Source: a virus (Duplodnaviria > Caudoviricetes). From it: a stretch of 29,357 nucleotides of DNA. The notes under the pieces were generated by a model. It saw only the letters and a program-made list of their open reading frames with translations, ran no database searches and was not told where the DNA came from. Within the stretch, counting starts at the first letter, position 1, and each line of letters starts with the position of its first letter. The DNA is taken from IMG/VR virus record IMGVR_UViG_3300012031_000058, positions 1-29,357 of that record; one strand, 5' to 3'. Of the stretch, positions 16,701 to 23,836 are shown piece by piece. A program made the translations under genes and the position numbers.

Positions 16701-18150
16701 CGTTCGCGTTGTTTGCGTTCAGCGGGTTGAAATCACCATTGGACTTCACCTGCACCTCTTCTGAGCTAAGGCCCAACAGCAGCACGTCGCCGCCTAGGAG
16801 CCACGCTACGTCTTGAACAGGCCCAAAGCCTATGGTCTTAACAATAGATGCGGAGTTGCCCTCTAGGAGCTCATCAAACGACGTGTAAAGGTCTGAGACA
16901 GATCCGTACAGCCTAGCTCCACCAGCCAGCCAGAGCCGGCCTTCGTACACCTCAACAGCTGTAGGGGATGGTAGGTACGGCGCGAATAATCCTTCCCACC
17001 ACTCTTTGACTGCACCGGTCCCACCGAAAGACTCAAGCACTCGGGCATTAGCCACCGTCGGAGAGACCACGGACATGACTTGCGCCTTCCCATAAACATC
17101 CCCGTGTAGCAGCTGGTATGTTTTCAGCACTGATTTAGTAGTGTCAAATATGGCGGAGCTGGCAGTCAGTGTGATGTTCCCATTCACAGCTGACGGCGCC
17201 AGAGTAGTGGAGGTCACATTGATATTGCCGAATGGCCCATCTGTTATATCTGGCAGCTCAAAGGACCAGGACTTCTGCCCTAGTCTTTTTATAATCCAGA
17301 AGGGCCAGCTGAACCCGTTTATCTCGTACCCACCGTCGACTATGAACATCACGTCGTTGATCTGGGTGTACCGCAAGGTGTCTAAGGTGATCGCGGTGGT
17401 TGTAGTATCTGTGGCCATATTGCCGGTAAGAGTTAACTCACCCACCCCGTCATACGCGATGTTGTCTACAAACGCGGCGTACCCCGCGAAGTTAGAAAGA
17501 GTGAGAGTGGTGTCGGATCCGTCAGAAGTCCAAGTGAGGAGGTGCACCCCAAACCCTAAGTACCCCTCGAATATGTCCGACGTAAGGGCTCCGCCTGTGC
17601 CGAGCTGGCAAAGTATGGGGGACTCGGATACTTCTATCCTTAGTGTCCTCTCGCCTGCTGAGCAGGTAAGGGTCTGATAGGCTCTTCCCCAGTCCCCATC
17701 ACCTGGCCCGCCCTGAATAAGCATCCTCTGGGTGGTTGGCTCGTGAGCTATTCCTTCCGCTCCGGATCCAGTTGACGCATCGGTCCAGCCGGTTATGTTT
17801 GAGGCAAAAGCACCGTTGGTGATAGTGTCCGTCGTGGCTGTCACCTGAGCTAATATCCCATTGATCCAGAACCGGACAGACTCCACACTTGGATTAGCTG
17901 TGGACTGAGAGAACTCTAGGATCGTAGGGACCGTGCCATCATCTACGAATGGCATTAAGAAGTGCGCTCCGTTCACTTTGGCTGTGCCCAAGAACTCGGT
18001 CCCAGGCCGAGTGCGCATCGTACCAACACGGGCAGGCATCCAGTTGTCCACCAGAGTCGCAGAGTTGTTTACGCGCTCGATGTCGTCGCGGGCCATGACG
18101 CCTTCATCGACTTCACCACGGTTGAATTTATTAGTATAGGTGCGGCTCAT
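13723..18150 (-). CDS. Tail nozzle (tail tubular protein B, gp12-like) with inserted carbohydrate-binding-like, Kelch and LVIVD-type propeller domains
   Basis: N-terminal 'FNRGEV..R.D..N..P..G....RPGT.F', 'YTQINDVMFI', 'P.AV..YEGRLWLAG', 'V.AWSR', 'RYIERL' and C-terminal 'V.VQ..GPATMLAI'. About 670-aa insert at ~13880..15895. Confidence 0.85.
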   Translation of the reverse strand: MSRTYTNKFNRGEVDEGVMARDDIERVNNSATLVDNWMPARVGTMRTRPGTEFLGTAKVNGAHFLMPFVDDGTVPTILEFSQSTANPSVESVRFWINGILAQVTATTDTITNGAFASNITGWTDASTGSGAEGIAHEPTTQRMLIQGGPGDGDWGRAYQTLTCSAGERTLRIEVSESPILCQLGTGGALTSDIFEGYLGFGVHLLTWTSDGSDTTLTLSNFAGYAAFVDNIAYDGVGELTLTGNMATDTTTTAITLDTLRYTQINDVMFIVDGGYEINGFSWPFWIIKRLGQKSWSFELPDITDGPFGNINVTSTTLAPSAVNGNITLTASSAIFDTTKSVLKTYQLLHGDVYGKAQVMSVVSPTVANARVLESFGGTGAVKEWWEGLFAPYLPSPTAVEVYEGRLWLAGGARLYGSVSDLYTSFDELLEGNSASIVKTIGFGPVQDVAWLLGGDVLLLGLSSEEVQVKSNGDFNPLNANNANVKRGTNKGSAEVRPAVVDQIVYFVNRSLLKLFALSGLKGEQISANDTTILHPDICAPGIKKLIYSSEPEPRMYCLLTNGELRVLLFDNVEDVTAWSRITLGGGGTVEDITSAPTAAEDEIYMVVERDGVRYIERLAKFSQSRGETDSRHYDSHVYKRSPGGTFDGLDHLEGLDVYVWADGVEKGAATVSSGQITLASSGWTDVVVGLRPTATWTSNRLSRYVEKTVLNYRKRVVQIGLVMRSVALRNLLYGSDVNRLQPMPDIDEGRPRAPTTEPEPTIVGSLTGGLTINGMEQYDGPGSYLLCATNSTAFTDESRRQQAAVNVGGPISSGGVNWVVGGNTDSNGNMQNLIQVNPSVASVTAFDFDDMPGGGAGYPSLAYDNVVDEYLYAYTNLTPNFTRYDIGAGTWSTLANAPTTGIFKSDIQTYNGKVYLYGAQQSTSTGGFYAYDIATDTWSTLTPVSPPTLKRSPSTALPKTGAGAGKFYMLEGADMVTNQVILSFFEYNIGTNTWSALSTAGLSRSALRSMVAPGNGKLYTFGGTVPQFGFFPQRTLNEYDIATNTWSTLTDLSDYTDTTVPFNRSESAVWTDGESIFVKTGSLDQTTGVSPAPPFAVKDLWVYDIAGDTWTQTNEADNEISSGGGPAQIIDVTSPSAMFVAGSTALLATGTSGDHLFSYRCKQDSSFAFFLTRTSTVATVKRGIAAVDITDITSPVQVDYLEGASAGIPDVPVPRGMWIDSPFLYTVGHALAGSVSAINISDPASLAVESSLALVTTGDPVAPEMIGSRGQYLYIAWEERVHIVDKSNPADMDVTVFGTGLGAAEYCLVDGSNMFVLDPTAGTLNIYSLADDALVPTLLGSVTATKLQGMRDMSAYAPYLWFAGGTTGCVVSYTSIDTPTVLAEYTGFAGLQAIRTFSANQVFAGSNTDPDGFLYVADQRSWQLVDYDEMSFEFDGTYDTDSRVTVQTTGPATMLAITYEVEDIDDPTDGSGRPN

Positions 18151-18153
18151 TCT

Positions 18154-20511
18154 CTATGGCCTCTGATATCGTCTGGTCGGCCACGTGCTTCTGGCCCTTG
18201 TCCAGCTCCCCTCGGCAATGACTTGAGGTGGGTTGCGCTGGGCATCGGTGCTGAACGCCTCTCCTTTGTATTCTTGGTACTTAAACTCGGCATTCTTCAT
18301 ATCTGCGTTCGGGAGGTGCGCACAAGCTCTGGCCAGCTCAGCTGCCACTAGGTTGTAAATGTAAGTGGGCCAAGTACTCGGCGTTGTCGTTTGCTCGTTT
18401 GATAGATACCGGATGTACAGAGTTGTGGCGTCAGTCTCGAAGTACCCGCCCTCTCTCGCGTAGTTGACTGGGTATCGGAAGTACTCATCAGCAGACAACT
18501 TGTCGATGCGAATCATATCGGCTGGCACAGCGTACGAGTAATCGAACCCCACTGTCGGGGTCTCGGCTCCATCTGGTGCCAGTTCCGCGGTCTTGTACAA
18601 GAACCCCCAAGATATCAGCTCGAACACGGTCTCCACGGCCTTGTTGTCAAGGGCGTAATCCAGAGCAACTTTGCGCTCAGATTCGTCAGTGTTGGACACC
18701 AACTGGGGAAGCCTCAGCATCTGCAGGGCCTTGTTGTACAAAGCTCGGTAGGTGTCGTCCAGTGTCCGTGTGCCGGATATTGGTCGCATCGATGGTTCTT
18801 TAGCGCCATCTACTTGGACCGCCAGTCCCACGCGCTCTTTAAGAGCCTCAGCTATGTTTTGGGCAGGAAGCCTCTCGACGTACCGATACGCCAGCTCGTT
18901 GGCGATGTAGGCCGACATGGCTTTCTTAAATAACGGGGACCACGCGGACTCAGCAGTCGTTCCGATGATGTACCGGATATACGCGGTGGCGTAGCCGTCG
19001 ATAGCGATCTTGTCATCTTCTAGAAAGTACCGAGTGATAGGAACTTCTAGGTTCTCGTCTGACCACAGCTCGCAGATGTTCTTAAAATCCGCGGGCAGGT
19101 CGAACACATTGTCGTACCCGTGGATAGCCGAAGGGCTGCCGCCGGTTAGAGATACGACCCGAGTGGCAAACTTCGGTTTGATGGTCTCGAGAAGGTCATC
19201 CTCGGCCAGTGCGTACACTGAATCCATTGCCAGCCTAAGTGCGGATCCATCGTCCCCGTGCCTAAACTCTGGCTGGGCCAGCATAGCTGCTGCGGAGTTG
19301 TATATCTGCAGCTGCTCGGCTGACAGGCTTGCGGCCGGTGCCTGCGGCAGAGGTGCATTCTCTTTAATGCCTTCACGTTGGATAGACTTCTCTGTCGCAA
19401 CGGTAACCATCTCGGCTATGCCGGCCTCTCCTTCTGGGGAGAACCGCTTAGCAATAAGCAGCGCGATACGCAGAGATACTACTTCTCGGAATGATGGGGT
19501 CCAAACGGACTCAGCCACATCGTTGGATATATACCGGATCCACAAATTAGTTGGGATATCTGTCGCCACCGTTCGGGCTTCTATGACGTATCGGTCTACT
19601 GGGTTCTGGAAATCTTCGTCAGAGAAGAAAGAACCGTTGGCCCCGTGCACGCCTTGGTCACCCAGAGTGGATAAATAGTCGGAGGGAAGCGTATACACGC
19701 TGTCTAAACCGTGGACTGAGCTGGTAGCTGGCGTCCCTAGCCTCGCACTAAGGACCGCAAACCGAGGCTTGACCTCTTCCAAGCTGGCTTCGACCGCGAT
19801 GGTATAGATCGAATCCATTGCCAGTCGTAGGCTGGACCCGTTGTTCACGCTTCTAAACTCAGGTCGGCCTAACGCTGCGGCAGCCTGATTGTAGATTGTC
19901 AGCTGGTCCGCCGACAAGCTCGCGGCCGGTGCCTGAGGAATCACGTCATTTTCTTTGACGCCCTCAAGCTCGATGCACTTGGCCAGCGCAGATTGATACG
20001 CGGCCTCAGCTATCTCGATCCGGCTAGGGTTTAACCGACTGGCGGTCTCTCTGGCTAAGTACGCCGAAACAAGTCTGGCGAACGTAGGCGTCCAAGAAGA
20101 GAGCGGTCGGGATTTTGAGATGTACCGGATCCAGAGGTTCGTTGCCACATCAGTGGCGACTGTCCGGTTCTCGATGATGTATCGGTCTACTGGGTTCTGG
20201 AAATCTTCGTCAGAGAAGAAAGACCCATTAGAGCCGTGCAGACCTGCTTCCCCGAGGGTGGAGATGTAGTCTGACGGAAGGCTATACACGCTGTCTAGGC
20301 CGTGGACGGTGCTGGCTGCTGGACTGGCCAGCTTGGCACTATTCACGGAGAATCTAGGTTTAGCCACCTCCAAGCAGTGCTCCACAAGGTCGAGCTCGTA
20401 CGCCTGGTCGAGCACGTACCGAGGTTCTCGATCCTCCGTAGGGTTTGATAACCTTCGCTCGCCTAGTATTTGGAGAGCGTTGTTGTATATCAGTAGCTTG
20501 GAGGCGGCCAT
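18154..20511 (-). CDS. Head-tail adaptor (tail tubular protein A, gp11-like) with four tandem domains
   Basis: The pattern [IL]YN.A...L..[PW].F..[YF].[LV]P.D..IRY..W occurs four times (aa ~8, 206, 403, 591); C-terminal 'GSW.RAR' typical of this adaptor family. Confidence 0.85.
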   Translation of the reverse strand: MAASKLLIYNNALQILGERRLSNPTEDREPRYVLDQAYELDLVEHCLEVAKPRFSVNSAKLASPAASTVHGLDSVYSLPSDYISTLGEAGLHGSNGSFFSDEDFQNPVDRYIIENRTVATDVATNLWIRYISKSRPLSSWTPTFARLVSAYLARETASRLNPSRIEIAEAAYQSALAKCIELEGVKENDVIPQAPAASLSADQLTIYNQAAAALGRPEFRSVNNGSSLRLAMDSIYTIAVEASLEEVKPRFAVLSARLGTPATSSVHGLDSVYTLPSDYLSTLGDQGVHGANGSFFSDEDFQNPVDRYVIEARTVATDIPTNLWIRYISNDVAESVWTPSFREVVSLRIALLIAKRFSPEGEAGIAEMVTVATEKSIQREGIKENAPLPQAPAASLSAEQLQIYNSAAAMLAQPEFRHGDDGSALRLAMDSVYALAEDDLLETIKPKFATRVVSLTGGSPSAIHGYDNVFDLPADFKNICELWSDENLEVPITRYFLEDDKIAIDGYATAYIRYIIGTTAESAWSPLFKKAMSAYIANELAYRYVERLPAQNIAEALKERVGLAVQVDGAKEPSMRPISGTRTLDDTYRALYNKALQMLRLPQLVSNTDESERKVALDYALDNKAVETVFELISWGFLYKTAELAPDGAETPTVGFDYSYAVPADMIRIDKLSADEYFRYPVNYAREGGYFETDATTLYIRYLSNEQTTTPSTWPTYIYNLVAAELARACAHLPNADMKNAEFKYQEYKGEAFSTDAQRNPPQVIAEGSWTRARSTWPTRRYQRP
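19588..20223. repeat. 45-bp perfect direct repeat (19588..19632 and 20179..20223), period 591 bp, within a larger degenerate duplication
   Basis: GTATCGGTCTACTGGGTTCTGGAAATCTTCGTCAGAGAAGAAAGA is present twice and encodes SFFSDEDFQNPVDRY. Confidence 0.95.
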
Positions 20512-20518
20512 AGTTTAC

Positions 20519-20980
20519 CTATCTATTGAGAACAGCTAGATGTTCGTCTAGCTTCTTGTACGCCTCCCCCTGTGTCGGGATCAGCTCTTGCACGACTGTG
20601 CCGTCAGTGTTGTCGATAATACACCACTTTTTCACACCGCGCTGCTTGACTTCAAACTTACCCAGTCCGGCCCGCTCTTCGTAGCTGACTTTCTCTAGCT
20701 CGGTGAAGTTTATTATTTCTACCATCGCTTTGTTGGCGTGCCTGAACGTGACTATCAAGTGCGCCACCCATGCTCCGTCCTCAGCGATAGCTCGTATCTC
20801 GTTGTACATTTGCAACTGGCTGGCCACGTGATCCCACATCTCGGCCTTGACCAAGTCCTTCTTGCCCATACCCGCTGGGATAGTGGCGTGGAATGTACGG
20901 TAGTGGTGGACGGCCAGTCCAAATTCCCCAGGTTTAACTGGGATGAGTTCTCGCGTTTTCTTCTCTTCTGTGTCAGCCAT
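20519..20980 (-). CDS. Hypothetical protein between capsid and adaptor genes
   Basis: 153 aa, AGGAGG RBS, globular composition (WDHVA..L....EI.....DG.W). Confidence 0.75.
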   Translation of the reverse strand: MADTEEKKTRELIPVKPGEFGLAVHHYRTFHATIPAGMGKKDLVKAEMWDHVASQLQMYNEIRAIAEDGAWVAHLIVTFRHANKAMVEIINFTELEKVSYEERAGLGKFEVKQRGVKKWCIIDNTDGTVVQELIPTQGEAYKKLDEHLAVLNR

Positions 20981-21009
20981 TTCGGCCTCCTATTATTTCG
21001 TGGGGTTAT

Positions 21010-21047
21010 AAAAAAAGCCCCTGCCGCGTTTTGGCAGCAGAGGCTTT
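21010..21047 (-). terminator. Rho-independent terminator after capsid/decoration genes
   Basis: Minus strand AAAGCCTCTGCTGC-CAAAAC-GCGGCAGGGGCTTT stem-loop ending in a T7 run. Confidence 0.85.
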
Positions 21048-21075
21048 CTCAAGGGGTCTTGCTCACTGGGTTACT

Positions 21076-21636
21076 TTAAACTGAGCTTAAAGCAACTGCA
21101 CCAGTGTTCACTATGATGGTGCCGTTACCGGCGTCATCAAAGAGCACTACCAACTTCTCGTTTACGGCGTTAAGAGTGGCGGTGTTATTAGTACCGTCAA
21201 ACGTGCCGGAAGTTAAAGTCAGCGTGTGACCGGCCGTGCCTGATCCAGTCTGTTCGACTGTGAATAGGCCCGCATGTAGCCCAGCTTCTGCAATAGTAGC
21301 TGTCACCTGCGTGGCTTGGCTGATCGTCACAGTCTGGATACCAGGTGTAACGACGGCCGCGCCGGCTGTGCCAAGGTTCTGCGAACCGCCAGAGATGCTT
21401 GCGGCACCACCGGTTGTAACTGCAGATACAAACGACATTGTGGTTCCGCCGGTAGTGCTGTTGGTAACGTAAATCACGTCACCAACTTTCATACCGAGGT
21501 CATCACCATTGGAGAAGTAGCCGGCTACACCGACGACCGCAATGCTGTCCTCAGAAACATAAGACCATACGGCTCGGCCGTTTGATCCATTCTTCTGGGC
21601 GATTAAGCCTGGGGCTGTGCTAGTAGAATATGCCAT
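21076..21636 (-). CDS. Capsid decoration/cement protein with C-terminal beta-rich extension
   Basis: Likely start at ATG 21636 (MAYS; AGGTG 6 nt upstream) rather than GTG 21645. 'W.Y.S.D....V...GYF....LGMKVGDVI.V' motif; directly after the major capsid gene. Confidence 0.7.
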   Translation of the reverse strand: MAYSTSTAPGLIAQKNGSNGRAVWSYVSEDSIAVVGVAGYFSNGDDLGMKVGDVIYVTNSTTGGTTMSFVSAVTTGGAASISGGSQNLGTAGAAVVTPGIQTVTISQATQVTATIAEAGLHAGLFTVEQTGSGTAGHTLTLTSGTFDGTNNTATLNAVNEKLVVLFDDAGNGTIIVNTGAVALSSV

Positions 21637-21652
21637 TAGGTTCACCTACTCC

Positions 21653-22483
21653 TTATGAGAACGCAGAATCGTCATGTAGCATTTTCACTACACCACTGTT
21701 CTGTAGCAGCTTGCTGCCCATGAATGTTGAGCAACGGGCCCATGACTTGTCGTTCTTGTCATCGTAGCCTACTGCCGTGTTTAGGTTGGTCGTGTCGCAT
21801 GCGTGACCGATTGCGTTCATGGAGTACATGAAGCAAGTCGCGCTATTAGTTCCAGCTCCTGGAAGTGCGGGATCCACGATCCAGTTCACGCCATACCAGC
21901 TGAACGCCTTGTCTTTAGGGACACTGTCCCAACCAGGCATCTGGACGTAATCAGCGGAAGTGAACTGAGGGAAAGACATCAAGTACGCATGGAACGCTGG
22001 AGTAATCAGCGCATACATTGGCGCGTCCATATCAGCGAAGGCATTGCCTAACTTGGTCTTAGCTTTAGATATTAGCGGGATAGTAGCCGGAGCTGCTGTG
22101 CCCCAAGTAACAGTCGCTAGTCCAAGAGCGTTGTGGATGTCTTCATCGATCTTACGATTGATGACATTCATACAAGTCTCTTGCATGAGTCTACGGCCGT
22201 CACCTTGAGACGCATAGATGTTGAAGCGCGTGCGCTCAGGAACATCATGCCATTCTTGCAAGGTTGCGGTGTACTGGTTCAGGTTATCCGGACGTGTTGG
22301 AAGGTCTCCGTCTACGCCTCGGCTTACTGCTGTTGCACCACCAGAGTCTGCTACAAGGAATACTGCCTGATTGCCGTTGATATCGGCGCTAGTGACAGTG
22401 GTCTTACGGACAAGCGACTGGCGCTTCTCGAATCCTTGGATCATCTCCTGGCGATACATGGTTTGAAAAGCTGTATCAGGCAT
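21653..22483 (-). CDS. Major capsid protein (HK97 fold)
   Basis: 276 aa, 'AFQTMYRQE.I.GFE.RQS', 'INRKID.DI', 'W.GVNWIV', 'GSKLLQN.GVV'; AGGAG RBS; follows the scaffold gene. Confidence 0.9.
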   Translation of the reverse strand: MPDTAFQTMYRQEMIQGFEKRQSLVRKTTVTSADINGNQAVFLVADSGGATAVSRGVDGDLPTRPDNLNQYTATLQEWHDVPERTRFNIYASQGDGRRLMQETCMNVINRKIDEDIHNALGLATVTWGTAAPATIPLISKAKTKLGNAFADMDAPMYALITPAFHAYLMSFPQFTSADYVQMPGWDSVPKDKAFSWYGVNWIVDPALPGAGTNSATCFMYSMNAIGHACDTTNLNTAVGYDDKNDKSWARCSTFMGSKLLQNSGVVKMLHDDSAFS

Positions 22484-22518
22484 TTCAGTATCTCCTAAGT
22501 ATGATAATAAACATTAAC

Positions 22519-22657
22519 AATTAAGTTACATTATCAACGTCGGTTCGAGTTGGCCGTCCTCTCGTCTTGTGTCAGGTTGGCCAGCGGATCCGCTAAGATC
22601 CACTGGGGCTGTAAGACTTGAATCAGGGGTCTACTTTGAGTTGTGGCCCTTAGTATA
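22519..22657 (-). promoter_or_regulatory. Capsid gene leader: TATACT -10 (22652..22657), hairpin (22581..22606), ACTTAATT motif (22519..22526)
   Basis: 185-bp intergenic region with an 11-bp stem CCAGTGGATCT-TAGC-GGATCCGCTGG. Confidence 0.5.
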
Positions 22658-22668
22658 GTCCCGCTTTG

Positions 22669-23556
22669 TTACTTCTGTCTAGACCTTAACTGCTCTAGGG
22701 CTGTCTCGTTGTCCAAGAACTCTTTCTGAGCGGCCTTGTCTTTGTACCACTCAGGGGTGCCCATCTTATCAGTGAGCTCAGCTTGACGAGCCTCTAGCGA
22801 CTGGACAGGGTTGGATCCAGACGGAACCAGTGTGGCAGCTGGGTTGATGACCCTAGCCATCTGAGCGAATGCTTCGACCACGCCTGGGTCGTTGAATAGA
22901 GCTTTACCATTGGCTAGTCTGGCACCCATGAAACTTTCCATCGCTTCCTCTGGGAGGTGAGCGGCTAGGTTGGCCACAGTGATGCTGCGGTTCGTCTCGT
23001 AGTCCGGCCCCCATTGCTCCTTGAGCTGCTTGATCGCAGCCTGAGAGTCGAGCACATCTTGGCTGGCCATCCGCTCTGTCCGCTGGTTCTCGAGCTTGGT
23101 GTAGGTGTCCACAAGGTCCGCAGCTGCAGAGTGTGGGATGTTATTCGCGTGCATGATCTCAAAGACCGGAGCAAGTTCTTTCCTGTCCTCGTCGCTTAGG
23201 ACCAGTCCTTCGCCCAGCTCATACTTGTCCGCTGTCTCAGGGACACCGATTTTAGTTCGGTACTCGGCCAGCTGCTCGTCGGTGGGATTCTCTGGGAGAC
23301 CTGCCGACTCTTGTCTGGTGCGCAGAGAATCCTGCGCTTCAAAATAATTCTTAGCGAATGTGGGTAGGTCGGGCACACGTTTAAGCTGGTTAAGACGGCC
23401 TTCGTCTTCACCGGCTAGATCTTCGCGCCACGTCTCAGGGAGTGTTTGGAACCACGACTCCGCTGGCTGGTCCGTTGGGGGAGTGCCACCCGCTGGCTGG
23501 TCTGTTGGTGGAGTCTCTTCTGCTGGTGTACTTGGTGGGGTTATTTCATCAGCCAT
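22669..23556 (-). CDS. Capsid scaffolding protein
   Basis: P/T-rich N-terminus, 'W...LP..WR', 'P.....E....YR.KIGVPE....Y', 'LKEQWG..Y..N'; located between portal and capsid. Confidence 0.85.
   Translation of the reverse strand: MADEITPPSTPAEETPPTDQPAGGTPPTDQPAESWFQTLPETWREDLAGEDEGRLNQLKRVPDLPTFAKNYFEAQDSLRTRQESAGLPENPTDEQLAEYRTKIGVPETADKYELGEGLVLSDEDRKELAPVFEIMHANNIPHSAAADLVDTYTKLENQRTERMASQDVLDSQAAIKQLKEQWGPDYETNRSITVANLAAHLPEEAMESFMGARLANGKALFNDPGVVEAFAQMARVINPAATLVPSGSNPVQSLEARQAELTDKMGTPEWYKDKAAQKEFLDNETALEQLRSRQK
23461..23514. repeat. 30-bp-period tandem repeat encoding TPPTDQPA twice
   Basis: cgctggctggtccgttgggggagt / cgctggctggtctgttggtggagt. Confidence 0.8.
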
Positions 23557-23836
23557 TTTCTTCTTCCTCTCTTAGTTGTTTAAGGGCCCTGGGGTCCAGT
23601 CTCATGCACTTCAACACCTGCTGCCCTACGAACCCTCGGCCACTCAAGAACGCTGATCCGTCGGGCTGGCCTGGGAGGAAGTGGGTGTCGTACGTTCTGC
23701 ACATTTTCTTTAGGAGAACAGACAGCGCCAGACGCTGCTGGTGGGCATCCGCCTCTCCGGTTTCGAGGGACTGAAAGGCAATGATCTCTTGCGCTGACAG
23801 GCTCTCGACTTTAAAACATTCGGTTTCTAAATTCAT
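23549..23836 (-). CDS. Bbp19-like small protein
   Basis: 'QQRLAL..C.TYD..F.PG..D.SAF..GR.FVG.Q' motif; conserved position after the portal. Confidence 0.75.
   Translation of the reverse strand: MNLETECFKVESLSAQEIIAFQSLETGEADAHQQRLALSVLLKKMCRTYDTHFLPGQPDGSAFLSGRGFVGQQVLKCMRLDPRALKQLREEEENG

Noticed and set aside
18154-20511. Direct repeat as a DGR template/variable pair or CRISPR
   Set aside because: In-frame domain duplication; no adenine-specific mismatch pattern noticed, no reverse transcriptase in the window and no spacer array
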